Assembly (NCBI GenBank): GCA_051362555.1
Contig: CM120641.1
Coordinates: 29,580,401 to 29,644,400, forward strand
Reading direction: 5' to 3'
DNA: 64,000 bases
From: Lingula anatina
Taxonomy: Eukaryota > Animalia > Brachiopoda
Positions 37,159 through 50,065 of the stretch are shown in pieces (within the stretch, counting starts at the first letter, position 1; each line of letters starts with the position of its first letter). A program made the position numbers and the translations under genes. The notes beneath the pieces are model-generated. The model had not been told where the DNA came from. It ran no database searches and saw only the letters and a program-made list of their open reading frames with translations.

Positions 37159-39514
37159 GGGGGGGGGGGTATTTTGCAGCTTGCAAGAAAAAGCTGAAGA
37201 ATTCTATACTACAATGATTATTTTATCATTTTTTTTTCAATCATATCATTAACATGGTGGGAATTAAAGTAGTACAAATTTTTTTTACACAACCAAAAAA
37301 AGCTAAGCACAACGATTGTGTACTTATGATAATCATTATATAAGACTTATTAGATTAACTACTACTAAAGTATGATAAAGACTATTCCCCCATCTCTTTC
37401 TTTTCTGCCATTTCAGGTTATAGGTACACTGAAGTTCCACACTCTTGCCTACAATGTGGTGATAGGAAATCAAATTATTATCAGAGGCAATGCAAAGGCA
37501 ATGGTAAAATCTGTCATCGATTGCTTGAAAGTAAGTTTTTTTTTCGAAATATCAACAAAGGCAATTTGAATATGCCAAAATAGTGAACTTAAGTTTCCTT
37601 TTTATTTTATTAAAGCTACAAATATATATAATTTAGTGCACCGTAGAAACAGAAAAATAAATTCATGACAACAATAGGTTATTGGCAAAAGTCTAAACAT
37701 CAGATAGACACTTAATACCACTTGTTCTATTGTGAAATGAATCTATTTTGGTCTTCATTCCTCATTTTCAGGCTTTGTTGCCCAAGGGATGTTGCCGTGT
37801 TATCTCATACAGCAATGAATATGAGGATTCATGGAGATGCAACTTCTTGGGTTTAAGTCCAAAAGTCATTTTGCCAAAGCACATAGAGGAGTCTGATCTG
37901 TATGCAATGTTGGACATCAAAGGCCCAGAAATCACTAAAGATGCACAACCAGACTGGGATGATTTTGTGGGGTATCATTTTGAACTGACAACAGCTGCAG
38001 CACTTCCAGAAAGAGGTGAGGTGAAACCAGCCTCATAAACAATAATAATGTTTTTTTTTTTATCACAAGCCATGTATTTGTGATTGCCAACTCCAAATTA
38101 AATACTCAAACTGCAATTTCATGGTGCGAATGTAAAATAATGGTTGGCAGCACCACATAAAAGAGGTAAAAATTTGGCCAGCTTTCATCCAGATTTAAGC
38201 TGTTACATAATATTGGGTTCTTTCTTTTTTTTTTAACCCTGACCTATTTTTGATATGGTAGCAATGCACTCTTGACAATCTCTGGCACTTACCTAAAGTA
38301 CCGAATCGACAAGTAAGCAGATTAACGAAATGCTCGTGACCACTATTTTTATGTTCTTGCCATGAAATTTCAGTCGTTATTTGGCATCACAATTTCCAAG
38401 CTTGAGGCTTGAGTCCACAAACAACTATTTTCTATAGGGCCTGTGCAGTTATGAATTATGCACTTTAGACACACTGTGCAAGTGTGATTTTAAAAAAGTC
38501 TACCTGTCAAATACAACATAGATATACGTATTTGTCAAACTAAAAATTTAGGTAATGAAAACCGGATAAGGTTTCAGTTGAAAAACGTTTGGGGTTATTT
38601 CTGTAGTACAAGAGTTCACATGATATATTTATATATTCCATAATTTTTCTTTTAGTTCCGACTGTGCTGTCCAAGATGGAGAAAGCCATTTTAAATGACA
38701 GCCTCAAATATACTGTGGTGGAGCAATGTCTGGTGTGCCATAAGGAAGAATGGATGAAGTAAGTAACAGAAAAGTTCTGTTCATTTAGAAATCGTGTGTG
38801 TGTCTTTGTGTGTGCAACAGTAAATATTCCTTTTATTACATTGGATGTGCATATCAGTGCAGTGTACATAAAAGCTGATAGCTACAAGAACAAAACTGTC
38901 GTATGAATGTGGAGTTTGTTGAGGTTACAAATATGCAAAAATAAATAAATAAATAGGCTAATGGATGATATTTTTTCCCCTGACACTACCCTTGCCTTCT
39001 CCCCCCACCACCCTGAAGCAAAGGGCTATTTTCATCAGTGTTATTCAGTGTCAAACTCTTAGACATAACCTTAAACTTTTCCAAATGTACTGATATGTAA
39101 TATCTATCAATCAATCAATCAATAAATAAATGAATAAACACTAAGTCTCTGGCAAAAGCTATATCTTTCAATGTTCTCTCATCAGATGCAAACCCTAATT
39201 TGTCATCACTGGAGAGGATCAGTGGCAACACTGTTGGAGTCCAGAATATCTTAAGAGGCCCAGTCTCAAATATGTGTTTAAAAGATTTTGTTATGTCATA
39301 GATATTTCCTTATTTTTCTTGCAGCAAAGTGAAAGTGGTGTTCAAGTTTACTAAAGCTGAAGGTCCTCGCTCAGAGGAAGAAACAAGAAGACTGCTGCAA
39401 GTGCTTGGGGCCCAGGAAGAAGACAAACAGGTGCTGAAATTCTGGATGACAGGACTTAGTGTGCAATACAGGACTCATATGCTGTCAACATCAAAGGGAC
39501 ACTTGGCAGATTAG
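34931..39514 (+). CDS. FLCN: Folliculin, ~560 aa, 8 coding exons
   Basis: Exons 34931-35167, 35743-35889, 36135-36633, 36943-37091, 37417-37530, 37772-38015, 38656-38758 and 39325-39514 join in phase (1683 nt). Hallmark segments: [104 protein letters not shown]. Confidence 0.97.
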
Positions 39515-41578
39515 ACAAAAACTTTCCTTGTGTGTCAAATAGTACCTGGCCTGCTTTTATTACAAGTCAGAAACATTTTTGGTGTATACTTTCTATGAAA
39601 ATTTTGTGTTTAATATCATATGACAATCTAGTAACTTGTTTGATTACATTCAAAATAAAAGCAAGTAAACAGACGAACGCTAAACGGATCTGGACCTAAG
39701 GGCATTTCATATCAGACAGTCTTAAAATGTCTCAAAAACACGTTTTGGCTGTAGATTATACGTCGTTTCAGTCTCTTTCTTATTAAGAATACTGAGATGT
39801 TTAGAAGCTGTCTTTGAAAGAAATTTAAGTAAATATATGTTTGGCATGCAAACAGCCTCGTTTCTTTGTATATGCCCCATGGGCCATAGTTTTGAGACAG
39901 CTGTATAACTTTGATGTATTTTTTTACAAACAGCCTGGGCAATAATACATGTTATCTTTTAAGGGACATTTTATTTTATGTGTACCTTTTCACTTTTAAT
40001 TGTATGGATGCTATTCTTCAGGATGTTACCTACATGTAGTAAATACTGTGTTCGCATTCCTTCAGTATTTTCAGGAATTCCTTGGATGCGTGGTATACAA
40101 TAAAGATACTGTTAGATACCCTTTGTCTTTCTTTGAATTAGAAACAGAAACTCGTGAACTTCAACTAACCTGTTACTTTGAAAAAAAAATGTTTCTTCAT
40201 CATTGATGTTAAGTGATCCGGCACAGAAGGACAAGGGATAATGCGTAACGCTATTCTTTTATTCTTCTCCGTCTGATAATCCATCATTTTCATCGAGATT
40301 TCTCTAGATCCCAGCCTGTCTCCTAAAAGACTGAAAATAATGATAAACAAAAATTAACGGCCACTTAATAACTAGTGAAGTTAACTAAGTGGGTTTAACA
40401 ATGTTATATTGAATATTTATGTAGTCCTGCGTGAAAGGATCCATAAAAAATCCACTAAAATTTATAACTTTGTAAAATGTTTAATTGGGCTGTAGTCTTA
40501 TTATAATATTTTGTGTTTTTAGACGGTAAACAAGTCTCGTTACCTTTACGCATGCGTCTTGAACGATCGTTCAATATTCTTCGAATGGAAAAATTCTTCC
40601 ATGCACGGCATAAGTGGCAGTGATAATCAACTGAAGTATTATAAATGATTGAATAGGTTAAAAATAAAATGCAAATAGTATGCAAGGGCAATATAAAATG
40701 CCAAACTTTTTTCAGTGGAGACAGCATAAAACGCACTTGAATGTAAAGAGGGTGAAAATTTTCATGAAATATTCATTTTAATGCACTATACATTTAAAAA
40801 AAGAGCATTAATTCTTCGAGTAGTAATCTAGCTGAAATAAAAAAGAGGATTATAATTTTTATACTGTAAGCAGTCTCATGCACCTGATTGTTGTAGGACC
40901 TACTTATAACATGAAAATCTTCCACTGACACTTAAATTCCTGGCACAGGGCGCCACCGCTGTCCTACCAGCAATAGAGCTACTTGTTTCTAAGCAACTAT
41001 AAGCACACCAAACTTGACCTAACTCTTGAATTGAAAGTTGAATTTGTTTAATTACTGTTTTAATCCCACGATTACATGTAAAAATCCTGCTGTGGTAATG
41101 ATTTTTCGGCTGATAACGACCGACAGCCGATTTTAATGACTTGACATAATGCTCGGGCCCGTGTTAGTGCCCTTGGAAATTCTGAATTCAGGACTAAGTG
41201 TTGGCTTTTATTGGGAAATGACCACATCTAAATGAACAGGAGGCACGTTCCAGGATGTTAAATTATTCGTAACATTTACAACAAGTATCGATCTACCATT
41301 CTCTGCCAAACCTTAAGTAAGGATACACCGGACGGCAACGTGTGTTATGTTTTGAAGAGCTTTCTTAGTCAAAGATGAGTGTTTGTTGCTTCATTCAAAT
41401 TAATTACTGCGAGCATAAGTTACTTTCTAAACAAGTTCGCCAGTCGCAGTCTTACAGCTTTAAACGGAGATTACTTGCCAAACAGACGGTCTACATTGGC
41501 AGGTACGTTTCAAATGAGTTCTGTAAGGGAGGTGGCTATTAAAGCAGTTAAAAGAGTTTGGGGGCCATAGATATCAAC

Positions 41579-43186
41579 ATGGCTTTTGATGAATTCAAAA
41601 GATATGAGGACGAGGAGAGCCCGTCCCGTCTGCTTCTACAGTTCGGTGAAGATACCACGGCTCACGGCGTTGGAAATGTGGTCCGTAAGAAGCAGCTCTT
41701 TCAGCGCTTGATATGGCTTGGATTGGTGATTGGTGCCATTTGCGCAACAACGTACCAACTGAGTGAGGTCTGCATTAAATTTTTTAACTATCCGTCCGAG
41801 GAAATGACGAGGACAACTTATGGCCGCACAGAAATGCCGTCTATAACTCTTTGTAACATTAATCCAATCTCACCATCTAAACAGGGTGACGCGCAGCAAA
41901 AGCAAAACACGTACATTGGAGTTCTCACCATGTTGTCTTATTTGGAAAATGCCACAAAACTGAACAGGTCTGATGCTGCAAACAGCCATGTTTTTCGGTT
42001 ACTTTCAGCGACTGGTTTGTACGAACATGACGAAAACGCCCCGGATGAGGTTGGTACTTCTTTTCAAGATTTTGTCATCGGTTGCACGTTCGATATGCAG
42101 CCGTGCGGGATTAACCAGTTTTCAAAGTTTGTCGATGCACAGTATTACAATTGTTACACGTTTAACGGACTAAACGTGAACGATAGTTTGGTTTCTATGT
42201 CAACGGGGCCGAGAAATGGACTGTCGCTTATCCTATATTTGGAGAGCGACAGTGACACTCAGATTGGATCCGGTATTTATGACAAGCTGTCGAATACGGG
42301 CAATAGCGCGGGTGCGCGAGTGGTAATTCATCCCCCTAAAACATTTCCGAGCCCCACGGACATGGGGTTTGATGTATCCCCTGGGTTTTCAACTTCAGTG
42401 AGCGTACGAGCTGAGAGAAAAGAACTGAAAGGTCTGCCTTACAGTAACTGCTCTGAAGATAGCTTAACAGCTGGAACAGCCTTTCGGTACACTTCAGAGC
42501 ACTGCATGAAAATTTGTCAGCAACAATTTGTTATCGAACGATGCGGCTGTATGGCACCAAACCTACCTAAAGTATCAGATGAAATACCAGACAATATCAC
42601 ATACTGCGGCTACCTATACAGCGACGACTATGCAGCTTCACTTGATAATGTTGAATGCGAAGACAGCGCCCTGAGAGAATTTGTATCCGACTCCAGAAAC
42701 TCGGAAAAATGTGAATGTTATTCGCCATGCTCGGAGTTTTCATACCGCACAGCGCTGTCCCAATCATTTTGGCCGTTAGATTATTATGCCAACAGCTTTC
42801 TGCTAACCTACGTGTTTAACCACCCTAACTACAGTCACCTATTGGCGTACAAGAACTTTCAGCAGCTTGGATATTCCGACCTTGGCGGGGCCATTCGCAG
42901 AAACTTTCTGCGGCTTAACGTATATTTTGAAGATTTAAGCGTGCAAGAAAACGTTGAAATAGCATCTTATGAGTTTCAAGATTTTTTCTCTGATCTTGGA
43001 GGTACGTTTGGATTCTGGATTGGTGTCTCCATGCTTACTTTGTGTGAGCTTATTGAGCTATTGGTACGAGTGTTTTATTTTGCTGTTTCTTGGTGTTTTG
43101 TGAGAAAAAAGAAACGTTCTCCCGTGATTCATGTTAGTGAAGCACCGACAAGATACCCAAGCGTCTCAGTTATTGGGTTGAATTAA
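41579..43186 (+). CDS. DEG/ENaC family amiloride-sensitive sodium channel subunit, 535 aa, intronless CDS
   Basis: Single ORF with EDTTAHG (HG motif), TM1 (LIWLGLVIGA), MPSITLCNIN, YYNCYTFN, GPRNGLSLIL, GARVVIH, Cys-rich thumb (CMKICQQ..CGC..CEC..PC), LRLNVYFEDL and TM2 SDLGGTFGFWIGVS (GxS filter). Confidence 0.95.
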   Translation: MAFDEFKRYEDEESPSRLLLQFGEDTTAHGVGNVVRKKQLFQRLIWLGLVIGAICATTYQLSEVCIKFFNYPSEEMTRTTYGRTEMPSITLCNINPISPSKQGDAQQKQNTYIGVLTMLSYLENATKLNRSDAANSHVFRLLSATGLYEHDENAPDEVGTSFQDFVIGCTFDMQPCGINQFSKFVDAQYYNCYTFNGLNVNDSLVSMSTGPRNGLSLILYLESDSDTQIGSGIYDKLSNTGNSAGARVVIHPPKTFPSPTDMGFDVSPGFSTSVSVRAERKELKGLPYSNCSEDSLTAGTAFRYTSEHCMKICQQQFVIERCGCMAPNLPKVSDEIPDNITYCGYLYSDDYAASLDNVECEDSALREFVSDSRNSEKCECYSPCSEFSYRTALSQSFWPLDYYANSFLLTYVFNHPNYSHLLAYKNFQQLGYSDLGGAIRRNFLRLNVYFEDLSVQENVEIASYEFQDFFSDLGGTFGFWIGVSMLTLCELIELLVRVFYFAVSWCFVRKKKRSPVIHVSEAPTRYPSVSVIGLN

Positions 43187-44569
43187 TTTGTGAACACTTT
43201 TTTGTCTTGATATGTTGCATTTGTAAAGTGTGTTTGGAATATTTGACTTGATACTTTTCGTGTCTGATTTTATGTTCAGCCCTAACTTTGACTGTGATAT
43301 TGGGTCAGTTTGAGACGTTTGATGTTGGAATAACACAAACCAAAAATATCAGTCATTGTCTGTAAATACTCAAGATTCAATGCATTTAGGAAAAGAAGAT
43401 ACTAGAAAAATGTTTTACTTTTACAACAACAACAAAAAAGCACCACAAATTTCACAAAAAGTTGCGCAAAATATTTGAGTTTTAAAAAAATATTTTTATA
43501 TTTCGTAGTGATAAGCTTCCACTATCAGTCGATGCAGTCTTTGGGTTTGTTATTTCTGACGGAACGTTTATTTTCAAGGAATTAAATTTCTGAATATATC
43601 GTATAAATTCACGCAAGACGGAGGCTACGTAGATATTTTGAAAATTTTGATTATAAAATTGCAATTATCAATTTGCGATCAACATAGGAAATATTTCCAT
43701 TTTTTGTTTGTTGTGAATATGAGACTGTAAATACATAATAATTCTGATTTTAAAATTTTAATATTACCTACAAAATGCGTGTCAATTTTTCCGTTAATTA
43801 CCATTAGATTGATATACTCTTTTTGCGTAACCCAGCAATCAAGTAATTATCTTTTTAAAATTACTGTCATGGAATTATCCATGTGCTCGTTATAGAACGA
43901 GCACGGTAGCCTGTGATTACGTGTTTGATATAAATTACATCTCAGTAGCTGTAGAATAACGTGTCAGTGTCAAGTTATCTTTGTCCTCTCTTGAATTATT
44001 CTGGTTAGTATTTTTGAGTAATTAGTTCAAGATAATTTTTTTTTTGTGTATTTAAAAACGTGTTTTTAACAGCTGATGTATGTAAGAATGAAATAAAAGT
44101 GGACAAAGTTTCAACTTAAACTGATTAATATTAAATATGTTGAAGAATTGGCGAAGTGTTCGTGTGTAACTGAGTTTTTGTTCGTTGTTTTGACCCACGC
44201 AAGTCAGAAATATATTCAAAATCTTCTTACACCTCAAGCCAAGTTATTGGTTGAAAAAAAAAACGTAAAAAAAAAGAAGACAGAATCTAAGAAAGATGTT
44301 TTATCTCATGTTTTATCAGGCTCACTTTTACGATGCATGCACTCATCACACGATTACTTGTTAGACCAAGATTCATTTCTTCTACAAGTATACGTTCAAA
44401 CAAATTACAGATACCATATCGATGATAAAGATAACGTAACTGCGCGACCCGTGCGTGCTGCCACTCCGCCACACCTTGTTCGTGATATAGGTATTAAGCG
44501 CGTATACGTTATATATATAGGTGCAGCAACGGTGAACAATTGGTCTTTGTTGAAAGAATTAACAACAAT

Positions 44570-45510
44570 ATGACTAGGTTTCTAGGAATTGTTGTCGTCG
44601 TTTCTGTTTTAACAATTTGTTTGGGACTGGACTATCCATGGAATGGTCCGTGCAGAGCCGCTTACGATGGGCAAGTCATCTTTTATATCATAGCTCAATT
44701 ATAATGCTATATCATCAATATTATACTTTTTCAAATGACTCGTGCAGTTTTATTATTTTTATTTGCATCTTACCTGAACTTGTGTTTAACAATGTAACAG
44801 TGCAAAACATTATTAAGTACATTAGGTAAATACAAATTAAAATGAGATTGTTGTTATTACATTACACAGTCCTTACAAAGAGTCGGAGACTAAGGAATAC
44901 ACCGCTAAAGCTGACTGCACTGAGGGTCGCTTTGACTGGAACTACCCCGTAGGCACAACGCTGTTTCACATGCAAAGTTCAGTTTACAAGAATTTCCAGT
45001 TTTGTTTTGAAGATTTATACGGCTCACAGCTGGCTGGATACTGGAAAATTTACGATGTCACTGGCGGCCAGAACGTTCCAATTGCTAAACCCAAGGGAAG
45101 AGGTAATTTCTTTGCCACAAAGAGGCAATCAAAAAGCGCATATTGATTTAGGTTACTGCATTTTTATCGACAAATATAAATTCAGTGGGTGAGGATCAAA
45201 TTTGATGATATGGTCAACCTGTAAGCTTGAATAAGACTGAAGATCTAAATATCTGTGTGTAAAAATCGTTTAAATTAAAGTGGAAAATGTTGAATATTGA
45301 GTTCATGCTACTTGGTTTTCAATCGTGTATTTTTCATACAACTTATCCTGACAAACATGTCCAGCTGTAATTATTTTATACACATTGCAATGATTTTTAG
45401 GGGTCGTCATCTGCCGCCAGTCTAGAAATGGCAGAGTTGACCTTCGTCTGGAAGCGACAGATGATAAAACTTACGTCGCAGCGTTTGTTTACAAACTAGA
45501 GACCAACTGA
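44570..45510 (+). CDS. Small secreted protein resembling the meteorin N-terminal domain, 147 aa, 3 exons
   Basis: Exons 44570-44670 (GC donor GG|GCAAGT), 44870-45102 and 45401-45510 join in phase (444 nt): MTRFLGIVVVVSVLTICLG-LDYPWNGPCRAAYDGPYKESETKEYTAKADCTEGRFDWNYPVGTTLFHM...FCFEDLYG...GVVICRQSRNGRVDLRLEATDDKTYVAAFVYKLETN. TATA-like run at ~44510; AATAAA at 45595-45600. Confidence 0.85.
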
Positions 45511-45989
45511 TGTTCCCCTTCCCACGGAGCTAAGCGCAGAGTCAGTGTATGGCATGGTGAAGACAATTTGTGAATGCACCTTGTGAAAATTTGAAATAAA
45601 CCAATGTATACTTTAAAGTCTGCCTATAATTTTTTTTATTCCTTTTTATAAAAGAAAAGTCCTACTTTGGCATTTCAAACATCTTGATGAACTTGATATT
45701 ATTCCTATGAAATGAAGTCTATTTTTAAAATTTTGCACCTGAAGAAAGATGGTATTTATCTCAATTTTAATGCTTCGAAAAATGCTCGGCACAAGTCTTG
45801 AACCCAGGAACCTTTTTTTCACTTTGCTCACAATGGGCTGGTAACAGATACCACAGCTGCCTCTCAATGTAATGTCACCTCGACTGCAATAAGAATAAAG
45901 TGACTTGCATCTCAACATCTTTCATTTCATGGAAGAACCTATCCAAGAGCGTTATTTACTTAGATTTTACGAAATTGACCAGTAGAAGT

Positions 45990-46925
45990 TAAGTCTGAGA
46001 GTTTATGGCTAAACGACAACATCGTTTTACAGTTGCTGCGGAAACGATAAATGTGCGCCTACGGTGTAACGACCAGGGTGTCCGCGTATCACAAGAAGAC
46101 AGGATCGCCTTCTCCTTTGAGTGCGCCGTGCTGGTCGTACAAAGACAACCAGTGTCCTCAGAAAAACGTGGCAGAATGTCATTCAAACGCCCGTTTCAAG
46201 GTCCCTCGTGAACAAGATTATTGCAAGCCGGTTATTTTGCACGGAGACCAGTACTGAAACCACTGTTAACAGCAGGTCATATACAGCGACGTCTGCAATG
46301 GGCTGGGGACCACGTGCGTTTGCAGCCAAACCCCTGGAATCACGTTGTTTTCGGTGATGAGGCCAGATAGGGAGTTTTTAGGATTGACGGTCGAATCCGT
46401 GTCCGCCGACGTGTACGAGAGGCATAAAACGATGATTGTGCACTGCCTAAGGTGCAAGCAGGGGGTGGTAACGTCTCTGTTTGGGGAGCATATCATGTCG
46501 GTGCCCAGAACCAGCTGGTTTTTCTAGGAGGCAACCTCAATTAGGGTTCATACAGAGACATTCTTCAGCAAACAATGCTTCGATTTGTAAGAGTCATCTT
46601 CAGGAACAACTTTGTGTACCATGACGACTGCACAACCCCACATCGAGCTCGCAGAATCACTGTTTTTCTTCGAAACCAATGGGTTCAGCAACTGCCCTGG
46701 CCTGCAAACTCCCCAGATATGAACCCAATTGAAATTATGTGGGCGTAAGTAACTCACAGAATTAATAGCTATGGTCATCGGCCGGTAAATAGTGATGAAC
46801 TGCGACAGGCAAATATCACTGCGTGGAATGATATCCCCATCCAAACTCTAAAAAACGTGTCACAGGGTATGCCATGTAGGATGAGGGCGCAGCAAGCGGC
46901 TGCTGGAGGTCATACCCGCTATTGA
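45990..46925 (+). mobile_element. Degenerate Tc1 (DD34E) transposase
   Basis: Broken frames give RRLQWA..WNHVVF-(S)DE, DGRIRVRRR, GGGNVSVWGA, YRDILQ, HDD..PHRA, WPANSPDMNPIE (46698-46733) and GGHTRY*. Multiple stops and frameshifts; TIRs only weakly visible. Confidence 0.9.
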
Positions 46926-49593
46926 TGACTTTTCATGATTTACTGTAATGAGTTCTTTAACTGTGTAACATATCACTGTCCAGAGGCTATAATTTTCTTT
47001 AATATCTTAGCTTAAAATTAATACTGACATCAAAGTGTTGATATGGTTTTCTGGGGTGTTCTTTTCTTTTGAATGACATCTTATGTCACATTTGATATTA
47101 TTGACCAAAATATCTCACAATAGAAGAATGGATATTTTTATAACTCAATGAGCCACTTTTTTTATGAATCAACCCAAAATAATTATAATCAGCACTCGAA
47201 AATAACAATGATAAAAAATATTCCATATTAAGTAGTAACCCTGTAAATCCAAACCCGTCTCTATACGCTTTGATTGTCCATCTATACTCAGAAAACAATT
47301 AGGAAGACCTAATTCTATCAAACATTGGAGGTTTCTTTTCTGGTTATATCAGTATTTTAAAGATTTTTCGTGGTTTCTCTATAATTTGCAATGGCAACGT
47401 TGCCATATTCATCAACCCAAAACTAATATATCGAAACGTTTTCTTCTGGATCATCATTTTTATCTCACTTTAATGCTCCCGACAGTAATTCACTACCATA
47501 TACCACCATATTTAATCATTCATCAGTTATTATATGAAATTTTATTTCGCAATGACATAGGCCTCGTGCGTCTTAACATCTGATCAACAAATACATTATG
47601 TACATGTATTCTAGAATGAACGCGGCTTTGATTCCGAGCACAATCCTACCGTTACACTTGTCGCTTCATTGTGTCGTCTCTCCTATCACAATTATTTTTA
47701 CATCTACCACATTTTACTATGTAAAAGTACTAGTTTTCCTTAATCATGTTATCATGTAAATTAGAGACAATTGTATTTTAAAATTGCTATATTAAGAATA
47801 TAAGAGACAAATACTGAAATAAATATGTGCAAAATGTTACCACGTTAAAGCACATATTTAAGGAGCAAATCTAATAATAATTACCATGTCCTCACAATAA
47901 GTTGGCATGATCAGCTATAGATCTAAAGAAGTATTTCCCCTAAAAACATTTCCATTATCCACTTACAGACCTTAAACTCTTTAAAGATAAGAACACAGAA
48001 TAATGTTTAAGTGCATTTCTGCTCTTGAAACCAGGTCAACTGTCCATGACATTTTGGTGAGAGATATGATTATGAAGTGACTTATATTAAGTACTCGATT
48101 TTGGACACATTGCCTCAGACGTGAACCCACCGCTGTCTAGATTTTATCATAGAAATAGAAAGTCTTCTATGATTTTATCTAACACGTTTTATTATGAATC
48201 AACCGCCTACATACGATGTTGCGTCACTACGAGAGCATCAACCATGCTAGATCCTTGAAAACAAATAGCAGCAACTACATTACATTACCATCTCCGATTT
48301 TCACGCCAAATCAAATTTTCCCTGTAATTTTCTTACAAATTTACTTATGAATCATTGCTTGATCATCCCAGTACTTGGAATAAATGTGTTATACCACTTA
48401 AAGTAACATAATATAGTTTTAAATATTTCACGTAACATTTCAAAGGAAAAATATCAACACCTGACACTTCCATTTGAGTTTTTTTTTATCGTTTACAGGT
48501 CTGGATAGGGAAAGATTGATAGCTTTGCAGGAAATGTAGACGGTTTTAAACGTGGACAGTATACCTCAGATAGATGAACCATGGAATTTATATTACTACG
48601 CACTAGTTCATCAAATACATTTTGGGTTTTTATACGTTGGCCTATATTACTTAACTTGAACTCTTTCTACCTGGAAAAAAAGGGGAGGTCACATTTCCGT
48701 TAAATCCTGTCCTCATGTTTTTTTATGACTACGGGATTTGAAAAACTGAATTATTTAATATGTGAGGAAAATTCAAATGGAAATTAGGTTGACAGCATAT
48801 TACAAGTAAAGATGCTGACCTCGTTTTTAGTGTAGATGTGATTACGGTTATAACTTTGTTTGGCCAGGGTTATTATATCCACCAGCTGTAGTCTAACACA
48901 CATTTGGTTTGATAACACGATTCCTTCAGATAGCATTATGTATTTCATAAACTTGCTTTGCTGGCAAAACTTCTGTCCTGGTATTGACTACATGAAAATC
49001 CTGTTTAGGCAGTAATGAAGCGCATTATGTGGCATTACATATTCCATGCAAGTCAGCTAGAAAATGAGTTAAAAAGATTAATTGGGGAATCCATTAAAAA
49101 ATGCTGTATTTATTTTACTAAGCACAAATTTATTAAAAATTGAAATAATTACATAAATTCTAATACTTAACTACAAAATAATTTAACTCTTCTTTCATCT
49201 ATAGAAGGTTCACCATAAAGGTTTTGTTATGATATATCATTAGTGTTTTCAATCTCTAATCTGCACATGTTATGTATACATATATTCTGTCACAAAATGA
49301 TAAAAACAACCACATGATTACTTTAACATAAGATGTGCTCAAACGGCAGCAGTTGCCTTCATAGATCACAATAATATGTCTGTAAAAAAAATCCATGCAT
49401 CTTAATACTTGCTAAAAATCACTGGAGCATGCAGCATACATAAAAATACAAAATATAACCCAATAGGTACACGTGCATCAAATCAAGCACATCTGCAAGA
49501 ATGTGCCCCAGTATACACTAAAATCCTACAATCTACTCAAGCCAATTGAGTATTTTGCTAGCTTATATTGTTCCCTCATATGGCAGTCACAGC

Positions 49594-50065
49594 TACCCTC
49601 TACCAGGGCGACTGAGATTTTTTTACAGATATTCACAAATATGTCTCTAGATAGATAGATAGATGGTCATTTTGGTTCAAACTCACCCTGTTGAGAAATC
49701 CCATGTGGAAACAATTATCTCTGCGCGAGCGCCAAAGGCTTTGTACTCGCTCTGCATGAGCTGAGCTTCACAACGATGTGATAACTGCTCGTTATGCAAC
49801 CAGTCTAAGGCTTTTTTATCTGTCACAGAAGAGCAAGTAATTAAAGTCAGAGCAATTACTGTCTTGATTGCTGTCACGCAGACTTGGACTGGACCTGCTA
49901 AGTGGCAGTGCCTGAGCAGTTATGCAAACAATTACCTGCCATGTAATCAGCCTTGAGGTTTCTCAACAGGGTGAGTTTGAACCAAAATGACCATCTATCT
50001 ATCTAGAGACATACTGTATCTGTGAATATCTGTGAAAAATCTATAAGTCGCCCTGGTAGAGGGTA
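49594..50065. mobile_element. 472-bp MITE with ~105-bp TIRs and a 9-bp TSD (MULE- or AcademH-like), in the probable 3' UTR of the minus-strand gene
   Basis: TACCCTCTACCAGGGCGACT...CTCACCCTGTTGAGAAA with its inverse ending ...AGTCGCCCTGGTAGAGGGTA; AGTCACAGC duplicated at 49585-49593 and 50066-50074. A partial copy lies at ~24772-24850. Confidence 0.9.

Noticed and set aside
41558-41578. TTG start of the DEG/ENaC ORF given in the track
   Set aside because: The gene is eukaryotic; the first in-frame ATG, with good context (AACATGG), is at 41579.
45989-46844. Short ORFs on both strands
   Set aside because: Fragments and antisense shadows of the decayed Tc1 transposase.
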